NCBI GenBank assembly: GCA_963761705.1
Contig: CAVXHK010000003.1
Coordinates: 430,794-494,793, forward strand
DNA: 64,000 nt
Source of the DNA: an uncultured Verrucomicrobiae bacterium
GTDB taxonomy: Bacteria > Verrucomicrobiota > Verrucomicrobiia > Chthoniobacterales > JAATET01
Direction of reading: 5' to 3'
Positions 1 to 9,321 of the stretch are shown here, in pieces; position 1 is the stretch's first letter, and the number at the start of each line of letters is the position of its first letter. Made by a program: the position numbers and the translations under genes. The notes under the pieces are model-generated. The model saw nothing but the letters and a program-made list of their open reading frames with translations. It was not told the DNA's origin and ran no database searches.

Positions 1-385
1 CGCGGAAATGGCGGGTCATCTTTTCGTCGGTGAAGACGCCGGCGATCACGAGGGGGCCGAAGAAATCGCCCTTGCCGGATTCGTCGATGCCGAAGTGGGG
101 GGTGAGAAGCTCGGGGTCGAGCGGCTCCTCGGCGTCGTAACCAAAGATGGCCTCGCCGAGGACCTGGGGTTCGAGGGTGAAGGTGATGAAATCCTCGAGG
201 CCGCGGCCTTGGAGGAGGACCTTGGGGCCTTTTTCGTAAACGGCGACCGTGAGCTTACCCCTGCGAGCGGCGTAGTGCGTGTAAGGTTTTTCCTCGAAGT
301 CGAAATTCTGCGCAACGAGGGCGGCGCGGAGGGACTCGACCTGGGCGGGGGTGAGGGGTTTGGTGTAGGTGGTGAGCGGTGGCAC
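1..385 (-). CDS. rnhC: Ribonuclease HIII (5' part; runs off the window)
   Basis: Not in the ORF track. Manual translation from GTG at 385 gives MPPLTTYTKPLT...VAVYEKGPKVLLQG...HFGIDESGKGDFFGPLVIAG, i.e. the N-terminal TBP-like domain plus the RNase HII/HIII catalytic motif. Confidence 0.9.
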   Translation of the reverse strand, partial: MPPLTTYTKPLTPAQVESLRAALVAQNFDFEEKPYTHYAARRGKLTVAVYEKGPKVLLQGRGLEDFITFTLEPQVLGEAIFGYDAEEPLDPELLTPHFGIDESGKGDFFGPLVIAGVFTDEKMTRHFR

Positions 386-401
386 GGGATACGAATACGG
401 T

Positions 402-432
402 TTTGAACAGAAGGTAACGAAGGAAACAAAGG
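402..432. repeat. Short interspersed purine-rich repeat (TTTGAACAGAAGGT family)
   Basis: 402-415 is identical to 53404-53417; both continue with degenerate AG-rich units. Confidence 0.6.
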
Positions 433-1422
433 GTGAATTTTGATTCAGCGCGGTTTCGTCGAGCTTTGACGGATTGGTTCGCGGAGGCGGGACGGGATTT
501 GCCCTGGCGGCGGACGACGGATCCTTACGCGGTGTTGGTGAGTGAGTTCATGTGCCAGCAGACGACCGTGGCGGCGGCGGTGCCCTACTTCGAGCGGTGG
601 ATGGCGCGGTGGCCGACGGTGGGGGAACTCGCGGCGGCGGGGGAGGATGAGGTGTTGTCGGCGTGGGAGGGGCTGGGGTATTACTCGCGGGGGAGGAATC
701 TGCTGGCGGCGGCGGTGGCTGTGGTGGAGCGGTTTGGTGGGGTGGTGCCGGAGGGTTACGATGATCTGCGGAGTTTGCCGGGAGTGGGGGAATACACGGC
801 GAACGCGGTGCGATCGTTTGCGTTCGACCGGGCGGCTCCGGTGGTGGACGGGAACGTGGCTCGCGTGCTGGCACGGGTGTTCGATTACGAAGATGTGATC
901 GATTCGGGGACGGGAAAGGCTTGGCTGCGGGAGACGGCTGGGGAATTGCAGGTTCTCACGCAGGGGCGCAGAGGCGCCGAGGGAGGAAGGATTTATAATT
1001 CTGCGATCATGGAATTGGGGGCGCTGGTCTGTCGTCCGCGATCGCCGCTTTGTTTGGCGTGTCCGGTGCGAGAATTTTGCACGGGGAGGGATCACGCGGA
1101 GGGGCTGCCGGTGAAGCGAGCGCGGACGAAGGTGACGAAAATCGCGGATCGGCGGGCGTGGATTTTGGCGGACGGGGGGATTTGGCTGGAACGTTCGAGC
1201 GGTCCGCGGTGGCGCGGGATGTGGCTGCTTCCGGAGTGGGAGGAGGGTGGTGGATTGTTGACGGTGGAGACCTATCCGATCACCCGGTATCTCGTGCGGA
1301 TGGAGGTGGTCGCGGGGGTGGTGCGGGATGGGTTGCGGCGGTTTGCGGTCGGGGAACTGGAGGAGCTGGCCGTTCCGGCTCCGCATCGGCGGGTGATGCG
1401 ACGATTGCTGGGAGCGTCCTGA
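433..1422 (+). CDS. mutY: A/G-specific adenine glycosylase
   Basis: RDLPWRR, VSEFMCQQT, WEGLGYYSR, HhH-GPD LPGVGEYTA...VDGNVARV, and the Fe-S motif CRPRSPLCLACPVREFC. Confidence 0.95.
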   Translation: MNFDSARFRRALTDWFAEAGRDLPWRRTTDPYAVLVSEFMCQQTTVAAAVPYFERWMARWPTVGELAAAGEDEVLSAWEGLGYYSRGRNLLAAAVAVVERFGGVVPEGYDDLRSLPGVGEYTANAVRSFAFDRAAPVVDGNVARVLARVFDYEDVIDSGTGKAWLRETAGELQVLTQGRRGAEGGRIYNSAIMELGALVCRPRSPLCLACPVREFCTGRDHAEGLPVKRARTKVTKIADRRAWILADGGIWLERSSGPRWRGMWLLPEWEEGGGLLTVETYPITRYLVRMEVVAGVVRDGLRRFAVGELEELAVPAPHRRVMRRLLGAS

Positions 1423-1441
1423 GTTCGTAGGATGCGTCGCG

Positions 1442-2662
1442 ATGGCGGCGGGATCGGGTTCACGAAAACGGAATGGAGCGATGGCGATTTGTCTGGCGCT
1501 GACTTTACTGAACTACCTCGACCGGGTGGTGATCTCGTTTGCGATCTCGCCGATCCAGCAGGAATTCGGGTTGGATAACTCGCAGTTTGGGCTGTTGATG
1601 TCGGCGTTCGCTCTGGGGACGCTGGCGGTGAACGGGTTGGCTGGGGTCCTGTTGGATCGTGGGAGCGTGCGGCTGCTCTGGGGTGGCGCGGTGCTGCTGT
1701 GGTCGGTGGTGATGATCGGGCAGGGGTTGGTAGCCGGATTGACTGCGTTTCTCGCGCTCCGGTTTTTGCTTGGCGTGGGGGAGGGTGTGAATTTTCCGGC
1801 GATGAACCGGGTGATGGCGGATTGGATGCCACCGGATAAGTTGGGGAAGAGTCTGGCCGTCGGTCTGGTCGGAGTGCCGTTGGCGTTGCTGATCGGGGGT
1901 CCGCTGTCGTCGCAGATGATCACGAGCTTCGGTTGGCGAGGGACGTTTGGCGGGTTGGGAGGGGCGGGACTCGTTCTGGGGGGACTGATGCTGTGGCGCT
2001 ACCGGGACGGGCCAAATCGCTCGATGCGGGTGGTGAGTTCGAACGGGATCGTGCGTTGGCAGGATCTGCTGCGAAACCGGACGATGCTGGCGACGTGCTG
2101 GTCGTTTTTTGCGTTCGGATACGTTCTGTTTTTCGGCGTGAGTTGGTTGCCGGGATATTTGGAACAGACCTACGGAATCGACCTCAAGGCGACGGGTTGG
2201 TTCTCGGTGTTGCCGTGGGGAATCGCGCTGGGGCTGATGGTGCTGGCGGGCTGGCTTTCGGATTGGCTGATGGCGCGGACGGGGAGCGTCCGGGTGGCGC
2301 GGGTGCATCTCATTTGGATTGGTCAGGCGGTGGCGGTGGGATTCTTCGGGGCGTTGCTGTTGGTTCGGGATCCGGTGCTGGCGGTGGTGTGTCTGTCGCT
2401 GGCGATCGGGTTCGCGATGATGCCGAACGCGCCGTTTTACTCGATTTGCACGGATCTTTTTCCGAATCAGTCGGGGGCGGCGACGGGGATCCTGGTGACG
2501 TTTTTTTCCGCGTCGGGAATCGTGTCGCCGCTTCTGACGGGGTGGTTGAGCCACGTGTTTGGGGGATTTGAGGTGGCGATCGGGGCGTTGATCTTGATCG
2601 TGGGTTCGGCGGTGTTTGGGATGGTGGCATTCGCGCGGCCTGATGCTAGGTTAGCGGCATGA
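1442..2662 (+). CDS. MFS transporter (anion:cation symporter-like)
   Basis: [18 protein letters not shown] and GWLSD motifs; about 12 hydrophobic segments. Start may be 1481. Confidence 0.85.
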   Translation: MAAGSGSRKRNGAMAICLALTLLNYLDRVVISFAISPIQQEFGLDNSQFGLLMSAFALGTLAVNGLAGVLLDRGSVRLLWGGAVLLWSVVMIGQGLVAGLTAFLALRFLLGVGEGVNFPAMNRVMADWMPPDKLGKSLAVGLVGVPLALLIGGPLSSQMITSFGWRGTFGGLGGAGLVLGGLMLWRYRDGPNRSMRVVSSNGIVRWQDLLRNRTMLATCWSFFAFGYVLFFGVSWLPGYLEQTYGIDLKATGWFSVLPWGIALGLMVLAGWLSDWLMARTGSVRVARVHLIWIGQAVAVGFFGALLLVRDPVLAVVCLSLAIGFAMMPNAPFYSICTDLFPNQSGAATGILVTFFSASGIVSPLLTGWLSHVFGGFEVAIGALILIVGSAVFGMVAFARPDARLAA

Positions 2663-3852
2663 GTTCTTTGATTTCTGAGCCGGACGAGACCGGGCACTTC
2701 GGTGAATACGGCGGGATGTTTGTGCCGGAGACGCTGATGACGGCGCTGCAGGAGCTGGATGGAGCCTACGCGGAGGCACGCAAGGATGCTGCGTTTCGGA
2801 CGGAGTTGGCGGGGTTGCTGAAGGATTTTTGCGGGCGGCCGACGCCGCTTTATTTGGCGGAGCGGATGACGGAGCGGCTGGGAGGGGCGAAGATTTACCT
2901 CAAGCGCGAGGACCTGCTGCACACGGGTGCCCACAAAATCAACAACGCGGTGGGGCAGATCATCCTGGCTCGGCGGATGGGGAAGAAGCGGGTGATCGCG
3001 GAGACGGGGGCGGGTCAACACGGGGTGGCGACGGCGACGGTGGCGGCACGGTTCGGCTGTGAATGTACGATCTACATGGGCGCGGTTGACATGGAGCGGC
3101 AGGCTCTCAACGTGGCGCGGATGCGGTTTCTGGGGGCCAAGGTGGTCGCGGTGACCGCCGGACAGGCGACCCTCAAGGAAGCAGTGAATGAAGCGATGCG
3201 GGACTGGGTGACGCACGTGCGATCGACGCATTACATCCTCGGGACGGCCTACGGGGCGCACCCGTATCCGAGGATGGTGCGGGATTTTCATCGGGTGATC
3301 GGCGACGAGGCTCGGCGCCAGATTTTGCAGCGGGAGGAGCGGTTGCCGGACCTGCTGCTGGCTTGCGTGGGGGGTGGGAGCAACGCGATCGGGTTGTTTT
3401 ACCCGTTTCTCAATGACGACGCGGTGCGGATGGTCGGCGTCGAGGCCGGGGGTCGCGGGATAGCCAAGGGGGAGCACGCGGCTCGGTTCCAGGGTGGTCG
3501 GCTTGGCGTGCTGCAGGGGGCGAAGACTTGGTTGCTGGCGGACGAAGACGGTCAAATCGAGTCGACGCATTCGGTGTCGGCTGGGTTGGATTACGCCGCG
3601 GTTGGGCCGGAGCATTGTTACCTCCGGGACCTGGGGCGGGTGCAATACGACTTCGCGACGGATGACGAGGCGCTGGGGGCGTTTCGGACGTTGGCGGAAG
3701 TGGAGGGGATCATCCCGGCGCTGGAGTCAGCGCACGCGGTGGCCTACGCGATGAAGGTGGTGCCGGAGATGTCGAAGGATGAGATCGTGGTGATCAACCT
3801 GTCCGGGCGCGGGGACAAGGACGTGGATCAGGCGGCGCGGATGTTGCTCTGA
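2659..3852 (+). CDS. trpB: Tryptophan synthase beta chain
   Basis: [15 protein letters not shown] (PLP lysine), [26 protein letters not shown]. Confidence 0.97.
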   Translation: MSSLISEPDETGHFGEYGGMFVPETLMTALQELDGAYAEARKDAAFRTELAGLLKDFCGRPTPLYLAERMTERLGGAKIYLKREDLLHTGAHKINNAVGQIILARRMGKKRVIAETGAGQHGVATATVAARFGCECTIYMGAVDMERQALNVARMRFLGAKVVAVTAGQATLKEAVNEAMRDWVTHVRSTHYILGTAYGAHPYPRMVRDFHRVIGDEARRQILQREERLPDLLLACVGGGSNAIGLFYPFLNDDAVRMVGVEAGGRGIAKGEHAARFQGGRLGVLQGAKTWLLADEDGQIESTHSVSAGLDYAAVGPEHCYLRDLGRVQYDFATDDEALGAFRTLAEVEGIIPALESAHAVAYAMKVVPEMSKDEIVVINLSGRGDKDVDQAARMLL

Positions 3853-4006
3853 GGGTCGACGGTCGGGACGTCGTAAAGTCGTAAAGTCGAAGGTCGGTGA
3901 GGGGGGCTTTGGGAGAACTCGGCGGAGAGGCCGGGGCCGGGTGGGCGCGCGGGTGCCGTGGGGAAGTGGGACGACAGGGGGACTAGCGCGTCCCGACCAG
4001 GTTGGA

Positions 4007-5095
4007 CTAATACAGCTCGACGGGGGAGCGTTTGCCGTCTTCGGGGCTTCTGGTGTTGGCTTCGGCTTCGCCGAGGGTGGCGGCGCGGAGCTTTTTGACT
4101 TCTTCATCGAGGGTCGTGTGGGCCTCGAGGCTGAAGTCGGTGGGGGGGACGAGGTTCTTTTTGAACTGGGCGATGTTTTCCAAAGCCGGGCCGATCGTGG
4201 AATCCGGGATGGCGCTGACGATGTCGGAGGCTTCGGTGATCATCTCGACGCGGTGGCAGATCATGAGGAGGTCGTTGCCGGCTTCGAGGCCGAAGCGGAG
4301 GGTGTCGGCTAGGCCGTAGTGATTGAGGATGGCGCCCATGTCGAGGTCGTCGGTCATGGTGAGTCCTCTGAAACCGAGGTCGGTCTTCAGGAGATCGGTG
4401 GTGATGACTCGGGACAAAGAGGCGGGTCGGTCGGTCGTTTCCAAACCGTCGATGGTGATGTGGCCGGTCATCATGGAATCAACCTTGTCGGCGAAGTAGC
4501 GGAAGACGGCGAGTTCGTGCTCTTCCATCAGTTCGCGGGAGCGGGAGATCCGGGGAAGTTCGTGGTGGGGGTCGAGGCCGGCGGAGGTGTAGCCGGGGAA
4601 ATGTTTACCGCAGCTGAGGATGCCGGTGCCGCGGAGGGCGTCGTTGAAGATGCCGGCGAGGTGGATGACTTGCGCCGCGGTCTTACCGTAGCAGCGTCCT
4701 TTGACGGAGTTGTCGGCGTCGTCGTCGAAGGAGATGTCGAGCACGGGGCAGAGGTCGAGGTTGAATCCGAAGAGGCGGAGGAGGTGGCCGGTGAGCTGAC
4801 CGTGCCAGCGGACGAGATCGGGATCGCCCTTTTCGCGAAGCTGCTGGGCATTCGGCGGTTCGGCTCCGATCTCGCGGAGGCGGGAGACGCGGCCGCCCTC
4901 CTGGTCGATGGTGATGATGGGTTCGATCTCGGAGAGATCGCGAAGATCGTCGAGGAGGCGGCGGAGTTGGGTGGGCGACTCGATGTTGCGACTGAAAATA
5001 ATGAAGCCACCGGGCTGGATGCGGCGGAAGAGGGCGGCGGTGTCGGACGAGAGGGTTTTGCCGGGGACGCCGACGAGGAGAGTTTGGCCAGTCAT
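4007..5095 (-). CDS. nagZ: GH3 beta-N-acetylhexosaminidase (NagZ-like)
   Basis: IDQEGGRVSRL, KHFPG and TDDLDMGA motifs. Start reassigned to ATG 5095 (MTGQTLLVG). Confidence 0.85.
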   Translation of the reverse strand: MTGQTLLVGVPGKTLSSDTAALFRRIQPGGFIIFSRNIESPTQLRRLLDDLRDLSEIEPIITIDQEGGRVSRLREIGAEPPNAQQLREKGDPDLVRWHGQLTGHLLRLFGFNLDLCPVLDISFDDDADNSVKGRCYGKTAAQVIHLAGIFNDALRGTGILSCGKHFPGYTSAGLDPHHELPRISRSRELMEEHELAVFRYFADKVDSMMTGHITIDGLETTDRPASLSRVITTDLLKTDLGFRGLTMTDDLDMGAILNHYGLADTLRFGLEAGNDLLMICHRVEMITEASDIVSAIPDSTIGPALENIAQFKKNLVPPTDFSLEAHTTLDEEVKKLRAATLGEAEANTRSPEDGKRSPVELY

Positions 5096-5104
5096 GGAAG
5101 CTTT

Positions 5105-5125
5105 GATTTTCGATTTTCGATTTTC
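5105..5125. repeat. Tandem heptamer (GATTTTC)x3 in the divergent nagZ/nadD spacer
   Basis: Read directly: gattttc gattttc gattttc. Confidence 0.8.
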
Positions 5126-5149
5126 GAATGGAAGGTAATACTGCGGGGC

Positions 5150-5728
5150 GTGGCGAATGAGCAGGTTGGTCTTTTTGGAGGTTCGTTTGATCCGATTCAC
5201 TTTGGGCACCTGATTCTGGCGCGGGAGGCGCTCGAGCAATTTGGGCTGGATCGGGTGGTCTTTATTCCCGCGGGGGTTTCGCCGTTCAAGCTGGAAGCTC
5301 CGCCGGTGGCGGCGGGGTTGCGGGTTGAGATGGTGCGGGGGGCGGTGGCGGGGGAGCCGGGGTTCGAGGTGGATGATCTGGAGGCGGTGCGGGAGGGGGC
5401 TTCGTTCGCGGTGGAGACCGTCGGGGAGCTTGGCGGGAAGGGTGGCCGGCTGGAGGGGGCGGAGTTTTTTTACTTCATCGGGGATGACAACGTGGCGGAT
5501 CTGGGGAAATGGCGGGAGATCGAGGCGCTGCGGGAGCTGGTGACGTTTGTGGTGTTGACGCGGGAGGGGGTGGCGGTGCCGCCGGAGTTCCCGGTGGTGC
5601 GGCGGACGGTGGACATCTCGTCGACGGAGGTGCGGAATCGCGTTGCGCGGGGGCGGTCGATTCAATACCTCTGTCCGGAATGCGTGTGTGCGGTGATTGC
5701 TCGGGAGAATTTGTATGGTGACGGCTGA
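5150..5728 (+). CDS. nadD: Nicotinate-nucleotide adenylyltransferase
   Basis: GLFGGSFDPIHFGH, FIGDD and ISSTEVR motifs. Start reassigned to GTG 5150. Confidence 0.93.
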   Translation: MANEQVGLFGGSFDPIHFGHLILAREALEQFGLDRVVFIPAGVSPFKLEAPPVAAGLRVEMVRGAVAGEPGFEVDDLEAVREGASFAVETVGELGGKGGRLEGAEFFYFIGDDNVADLGKWREIEALRELVTFVVLTREGVAVPPEFPVVRRTVDISSTEVRNRVARGRSIQYLCPECVCAVIARENLYGDG

Positions 5729-6119
5729 GGAAGGAACGAGAGCGGCTGGGACGACCGACGCGGAGGATCTGGCGCGAGCTTGCGCGGAATTTGCGGCTGA
5801 CCGGAAGGCGGAGAACATCACGGTGATCGACCTGAAGGGGCGGTCGTCGTTCTGCGATTACTTTGTGATCTGCAGCGGGCTTTCGGACCCGCAATTGCGG
5901 GCGATCGGGGCCTCGGTGCGGTCGGGGGTGCGGGAGCGGTTCGGGTTTGGGCCCTATTCGGAGGACGGGATGGCGGTGAGTCGGTGGATCGTGATCGATT
6001 ACGCGCAGGTGGTGGTGCACGTGTTTCACCACGAGGCGCGGGCGTTTTACACTCTGGAGGATCTGTGGGGAGACGCGCCGCGGTTGGCGGGGGATTGGCA
6101 GGAAGTCAAAACGGAGTAG
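5715..6119 (+). CDS. rsfS: Ribosome silencing factor (Iojap)
   Basis: DRKAENITVIDL, DYFVICSG, WIVIDY..VVVHVF...R.FY.LEDLWGD; directly after nadD, a common arrangement. Confidence 0.93.
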   Translation: MVTAEEGTRAAGTTDAEDLARACAEFAADRKAENITVIDLKGRSSFCDYFVICSGLSDPQLRAIGASVRSGVRERFGFGPYSEDGMAVSRWIVIDYAQVVVHVFHHEARAFYTLEDLWGDAPRLAGDWQEVKTE

Positions 6120-6122
6120 GGG

Positions 6123-6308
6123 ATGGATATCGTCGAGGAGATCGGGGTGGAGTGTCCGCACTGCGGCGAGGAGTTTTTCATTGAGGTCGAGACGACGACG
6201 ACGGAAGTGGTGATGATCGAAGACTGCGCGGTGTGCTGCCGCCCGATCAACATTCGGGTCCGCTGTGAACCGGGTGCCGTGGTGTCGCTGGACATCTCGC
6301 CGGCGTGA
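6123..6308 (+). CDS. CPXCG-motif cysteine-rich small protein
   Basis: CPHCGE...IEDCAVCCRPI. Confidence 0.8.
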   Translation: MDIVEEIGVECPHCGEEFFIEVETTTTEVVMIEDCAVCCRPINIRVRCEPGAVVSLDISPA

Positions 6309-7006
6309 ATTGGTCGCGGGCGGTGGTGGCGGGGCTTGTGGGCTGCGCCGTCTTCGGGAGTGGAACTGCCAGTGGATTCGAGATTGGCCTGAAAACGGGC
6401 GAAACACTCGAGGTCGACCGAGTCGTCAAGGTGTTCCCGGCGGCGGTTCAGTTGCAGTTAGGAGATGGGTCGCTGCGGATGGTGCACACGAAAGATTTGC
6501 TGCCAGCCGCGATGGAGGCGCTGGCGCGGGAGTCGGTGGCGGCAGCGGGTGCTGAGAAAATCGAGAAGGTCCCCGCTGAGCCCGTCGAACGGTCGGTGAG
6601 TATCGACATGGACGTGGTGAACGTGGGTTCGAAAAGTTCGACCCGCTACAGCTATTACTCGAGGTGGGGGAGCAACATCCGGACGATGACTTCGGGCAAA
6701 GTCGATGAGCTGCGGCTCACGCTGCGCAACCGACCGATGCTGACGGTGCAGGTCGTTTTGGTGATCGGTGGGGCGACGGAGGTGCAGGACGTCGAGCTGG
6801 TACAAAGTCGGGAGGTGCCGGTGCGCATCGAGGTGGGCGGCGGATCGCGGACGGTCACGGATCTGCGGTGGCTGCGAATCTACAAAGTCGAGCGGCAGCC
6901 GAAGGACACTTGGTTCGCGCAGGTGCTCCACGATGGGCGCGTGGTGGGCGAGGCGGGAAGTCTGCCTGGACACGAGGCGGGTAAACCTTTGATCGCTCGA
7001 CAATGA
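6305..7006 (+). CDS. Hypothetical exported protein
   Basis: Signal-peptide-like N-terminus; GTGA overlap with the upstream gene. Confidence 0.6.
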   Translation: MNWSRAVVAGLVGCAVFGSGTASGFEIGLKTGETLEVDRVVKVFPAAVQLQLGDGSLRMVHTKDLLPAAMEALARESVAAAGAEKIEKVPAEPVERSVSIDMDVVNVGSKSSTRYSYYSRWGSNIRTMTSGKVDELRLTLRNRPMLTVQVVLVIGGATEVQDVELVQSREVPVRIEVGGGSRTVTDLRWLRIYKVERQPKDTWFAQVLHDGRVVGEAGSLPGHEAGKPLIARQ

Positions 7007-7062
7007 ATCGACCGGGTGTCGAAGTGGTTGCGCGGGGTCGGGTTGTGGACTAACCGTTTGGG

Positions 7063-7893
7063 ATGATTCTTGGTCAGAGCAAAGCCATCGTCCGGCTGTT
7101 GGAGGACGATGATCCGGAGACGGTGCGGCTCGTGAAGGAGCAGCTCCTCCAGGCGGACGACGCGGTGCTCGATGAGTTGCGGGATCTGAAGGATTGCAGC
7201 GCAGCGGCGGCGGGGCACGCGCTGGACGTGCTGCGCGCGGTCGAAGATCGCGATGCGGAGGGGGACTTTGGGCTGCTGTGCCATTTTTTTGGGGATCACC
7301 ACGATCTGGAGCGTGCGAACTGGATGCTGGCGCGGGCGTTGATGCCGGAGGCTGAGATCGGACCGCTCGAGACGAAGGTGAACGCGTGGGGGAGGCAGTT
7401 TTTGGTGAAGAGCAGTGGGGCGGTGTCGAGCCGGGAGCGGGTGATTCTGCTGGCGAAGTTTATGGCGGGGGAATTGGGTTTTCGCGGGAACACGGAGGAT
7501 TATTACAGCGAGCGAAATTGTCTTTTTCCCGGCGTGATTGAGACGCGAATGGGAATCCCGATCGCGCTGACGCTGCTCTACAAGATGGTGGCTGCGAGGG
7601 CGGGGATGTGCGTGGCGGGGGTTAATCTACCGGGGCATTTTATCGCGCGGCACGGCGATCTGTATTTTGATCCGTTCCACCGGGGGCGGATCATGACGAA
7701 GGCGGACTGTCTGGCGATCTTGGCGAAGCAGCAGTTGTCGCTCTGCGATGGACACCTGGCCGATGCCAGCCCGCGGCAATTGCTCATCCGGACACTGGCG
7801 AATCTGCTTTACGTCTACGATCTGCGGCGGGATCAGGAGAAACACGCGAAGGTGGATGGGTGGATCCGGGCGCTGACGGCAGATGTGAAATAG
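7063..7893 (+). CDS. SirB1/transglutaminase-like domain protein
   Basis: GFRGNTEDYY, R.GIPI.L, GVNLPGHF, YFDPF..G. Confidence 0.85.
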   Translation: MILGQSKAIVRLLEDDDPETVRLVKEQLLQADDAVLDELRDLKDCSAAAAGHALDVLRAVEDRDAEGDFGLLCHFFGDHHDLERANWMLARALMPEAEIGPLETKVNAWGRQFLVKSSGAVSSRERVILLAKFMAGELGFRGNTEDYYSERNCLFPGVIETRMGIPIALTLLYKMVAARAGMCVAGVNLPGHFIARHGDLYFDPFHRGRIMTKADCLAILAKQQLSLCDGHLADASPRQLLIRTLANLLYVYDLRRDQEKHAKVDGWIRALTADVK

Positions 7894-7957
7894 GGGGGTG
7901 GTGCGGGTGCCCGGGGAGGTTTTTGGGATGCTCGTGCGGTTTTTCTGGCTGCGTGAG

Positions 7958-7982
7958 GCCGAGCTGGAAGCCGGCGCTGCCC
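7958..7982. repeat. REP-like palindrome (GCTGGAAGCC family)
   Basis: gccgagctggaagccggcgctgccc; relatives at 9263-9312 and 57079-57102. Confidence 0.55.
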
Positions 7983-8001
7983 ATGTAGCCCCAAGTAGTT
8001 T

Positions 8002-9255
8002 ATGAAGGTTGAGGTTGTTAATACGGGGACGGAGTTGATGCTCGGGGCGGTGGTGAATTCGCATCTGGCCTACTTCGGAGCGGGGCTTTTCTCGGTGGGG
8101 TTGCGGATTGATCGGGGCGTGGCGGTGCCGGATGGAGCGAAGATTCGGGACGCGTTGGTGGAGGCTTTTGATCGTGGGGCGGAGATTTTGCTGGTGACGG
8201 GTGGGTTGGGGCCGACGTCGGATGATCTCACCCGCGAAATCGTGGCGGAACTGCTGGGATTGCGGTTGGTGCGGGATGAGGCCGTTTTGCAGGGAATCAA
8301 GGATCTGTGTGCGGGACGGGGGTTTGATTTTCAGGAACGAATGGGGCGGCAGGCGATGGTGCCGGAGGGAGCGGTGGTCTTGCCGAACCGAAGCGGAACG
8401 GCCCCGGGGCTCTACGTGCCTCCGGTCGAGGCTCCGTCTTGGCGGTCGCCGCATTTGTTTCTGCTGCCGGGGCCGCCGCGGGAACTGAAGCCGATGTTCG
8501 AGGCCGAGGTGTTGCCGAGATTGCGAGAGCTGACGGCGGGGTCGGTGGTGAAGATCTGCCGGACTTACCGGTGCGTCGGAATCGGGGAGTCGATGGTGGA
8601 GGCGCGGTTGGGGACGCGGCTGCAGAGCGTGGCTGGGTTGGAGGTCGGGTATTGCGCGCGGCCGAACGAGGTGGATTTTCGGTTGATTGGGGAAGTGGCG
8701 TTGTTGAATTCGGTCGACGCGGAGGTGCGCGCGGAGCTGGCGGATTTCCTGGTGACGATGGAGGCGGAGGGGCTCGAAACGGTGGTGGTCGCGGAGCTCG
8801 CGAAGCGCGGACTGACGGTGGCGACGGCGGAGTCTTGCACGGGGGGATTGCTGGCGAGTCGGCTGACGGATGTGCCGGGAGCTTCGGCGGTGTTCCTGCG
8901 GGGCTGGGTGACCTACGCGAACGAGGCGAAGGTGGATGAACTGGGCGTGGACCCGCAGGTGATCGAGGCGGAGGGAGCGGTGAGCGAGAGTGTGGCGCGG
9001 GCGATGGCGGTGGGGGCTTGCGAACGGGCCGGGGCGGATTTTGCCTTGTCGACGACGGGGATCGCGGGGCCGGGTGGGGCGACGGAGGGGAAGCCGGTCG
9101 GGACCGTTTTCATTGCGCTAGGGCGGAGAGGTGGGGAGGTGAAGGTGTGGCGGGAGAGCTTCCCGACGGATCGGACGACTTTCAAAATGTTGGTCACGCA
9201 GGCGGCCTTGAACGCGTTGCGGCGGGTGGTGAGTGGGGATGGACCCGCTGCTTGA
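8002..9255 (+). CDS. cinA: Competence/damage-inducible protein A (with C-terminal NMN deamidase domain)
   Basis: GTELMLG..VNS, TGGLGPTSDDLTRE, LPGPPREL, AESCTGGL, STTGIAGPGG. Confidence 0.93.
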   Translation: MKVEVVNTGTELMLGAVVNSHLAYFGAGLFSVGLRIDRGVAVPDGAKIRDALVEAFDRGAEILLVTGGLGPTSDDLTREIVAELLGLRLVRDEAVLQGIKDLCAGRGFDFQERMGRQAMVPEGAVVLPNRSGTAPGLYVPPVEAPSWRSPHLFLLPGPPRELKPMFEAEVLPRLRELTAGSVVKICRTYRCVGIGESMVEARLGTRLQSVAGLEVGYCARPNEVDFRLIGEVALLNSVDAEVRAELADFLVTMEAEGLETVVVAELAKRGLTVATAESCTGGLLASRLTDVPGASAVFLRGWVTYANEAKVDELGVDPQVIEAEGAVSESVARAMAVGACERAGADFALSTTGIAGPGGATEGKPVGTVFIALGRRGGEVKVWRESFPTDRTTFKMLVTQAALNALRRVVSGDGPAA

Positions 9256-9262
9256 TCGAAGA

Positions 9263-9312
9263 ATCCCGGGCTGGAAGCCCGGGATGAGCAGGCTGGAGTC
9301 CTGCGCTCCCCC
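9263..9312. repeat. Tandem REP-like hairpins downstream of cinA
   Basis: Perfect stem atcccgggc-tggaa-gcccgggat followed by gcagg-ctggagt-cctgc-gctcccc. Confidence 0.6.
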
Positions 9313-9321
9313 TTTTGTTCA

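Noticed and set aside
8-406. Plus-strand 132-aa ORF and the many long antisense or alternate-frame ORFs in the track (e.g. 40140-41555, 54803-56677, 36785-38149)
   Set aside because: They are shadows of well-supported genes in GC-rich DNA and have no recognisable motifs.
5096-5821. Long N-terminal extensions of nagZ and nadD (also 12012, 15295, 18857, 34335, 44664, 53279)
   Set aside because: The extensions overlap real genes or the tRNA; homology starts at the downstream start codons used.
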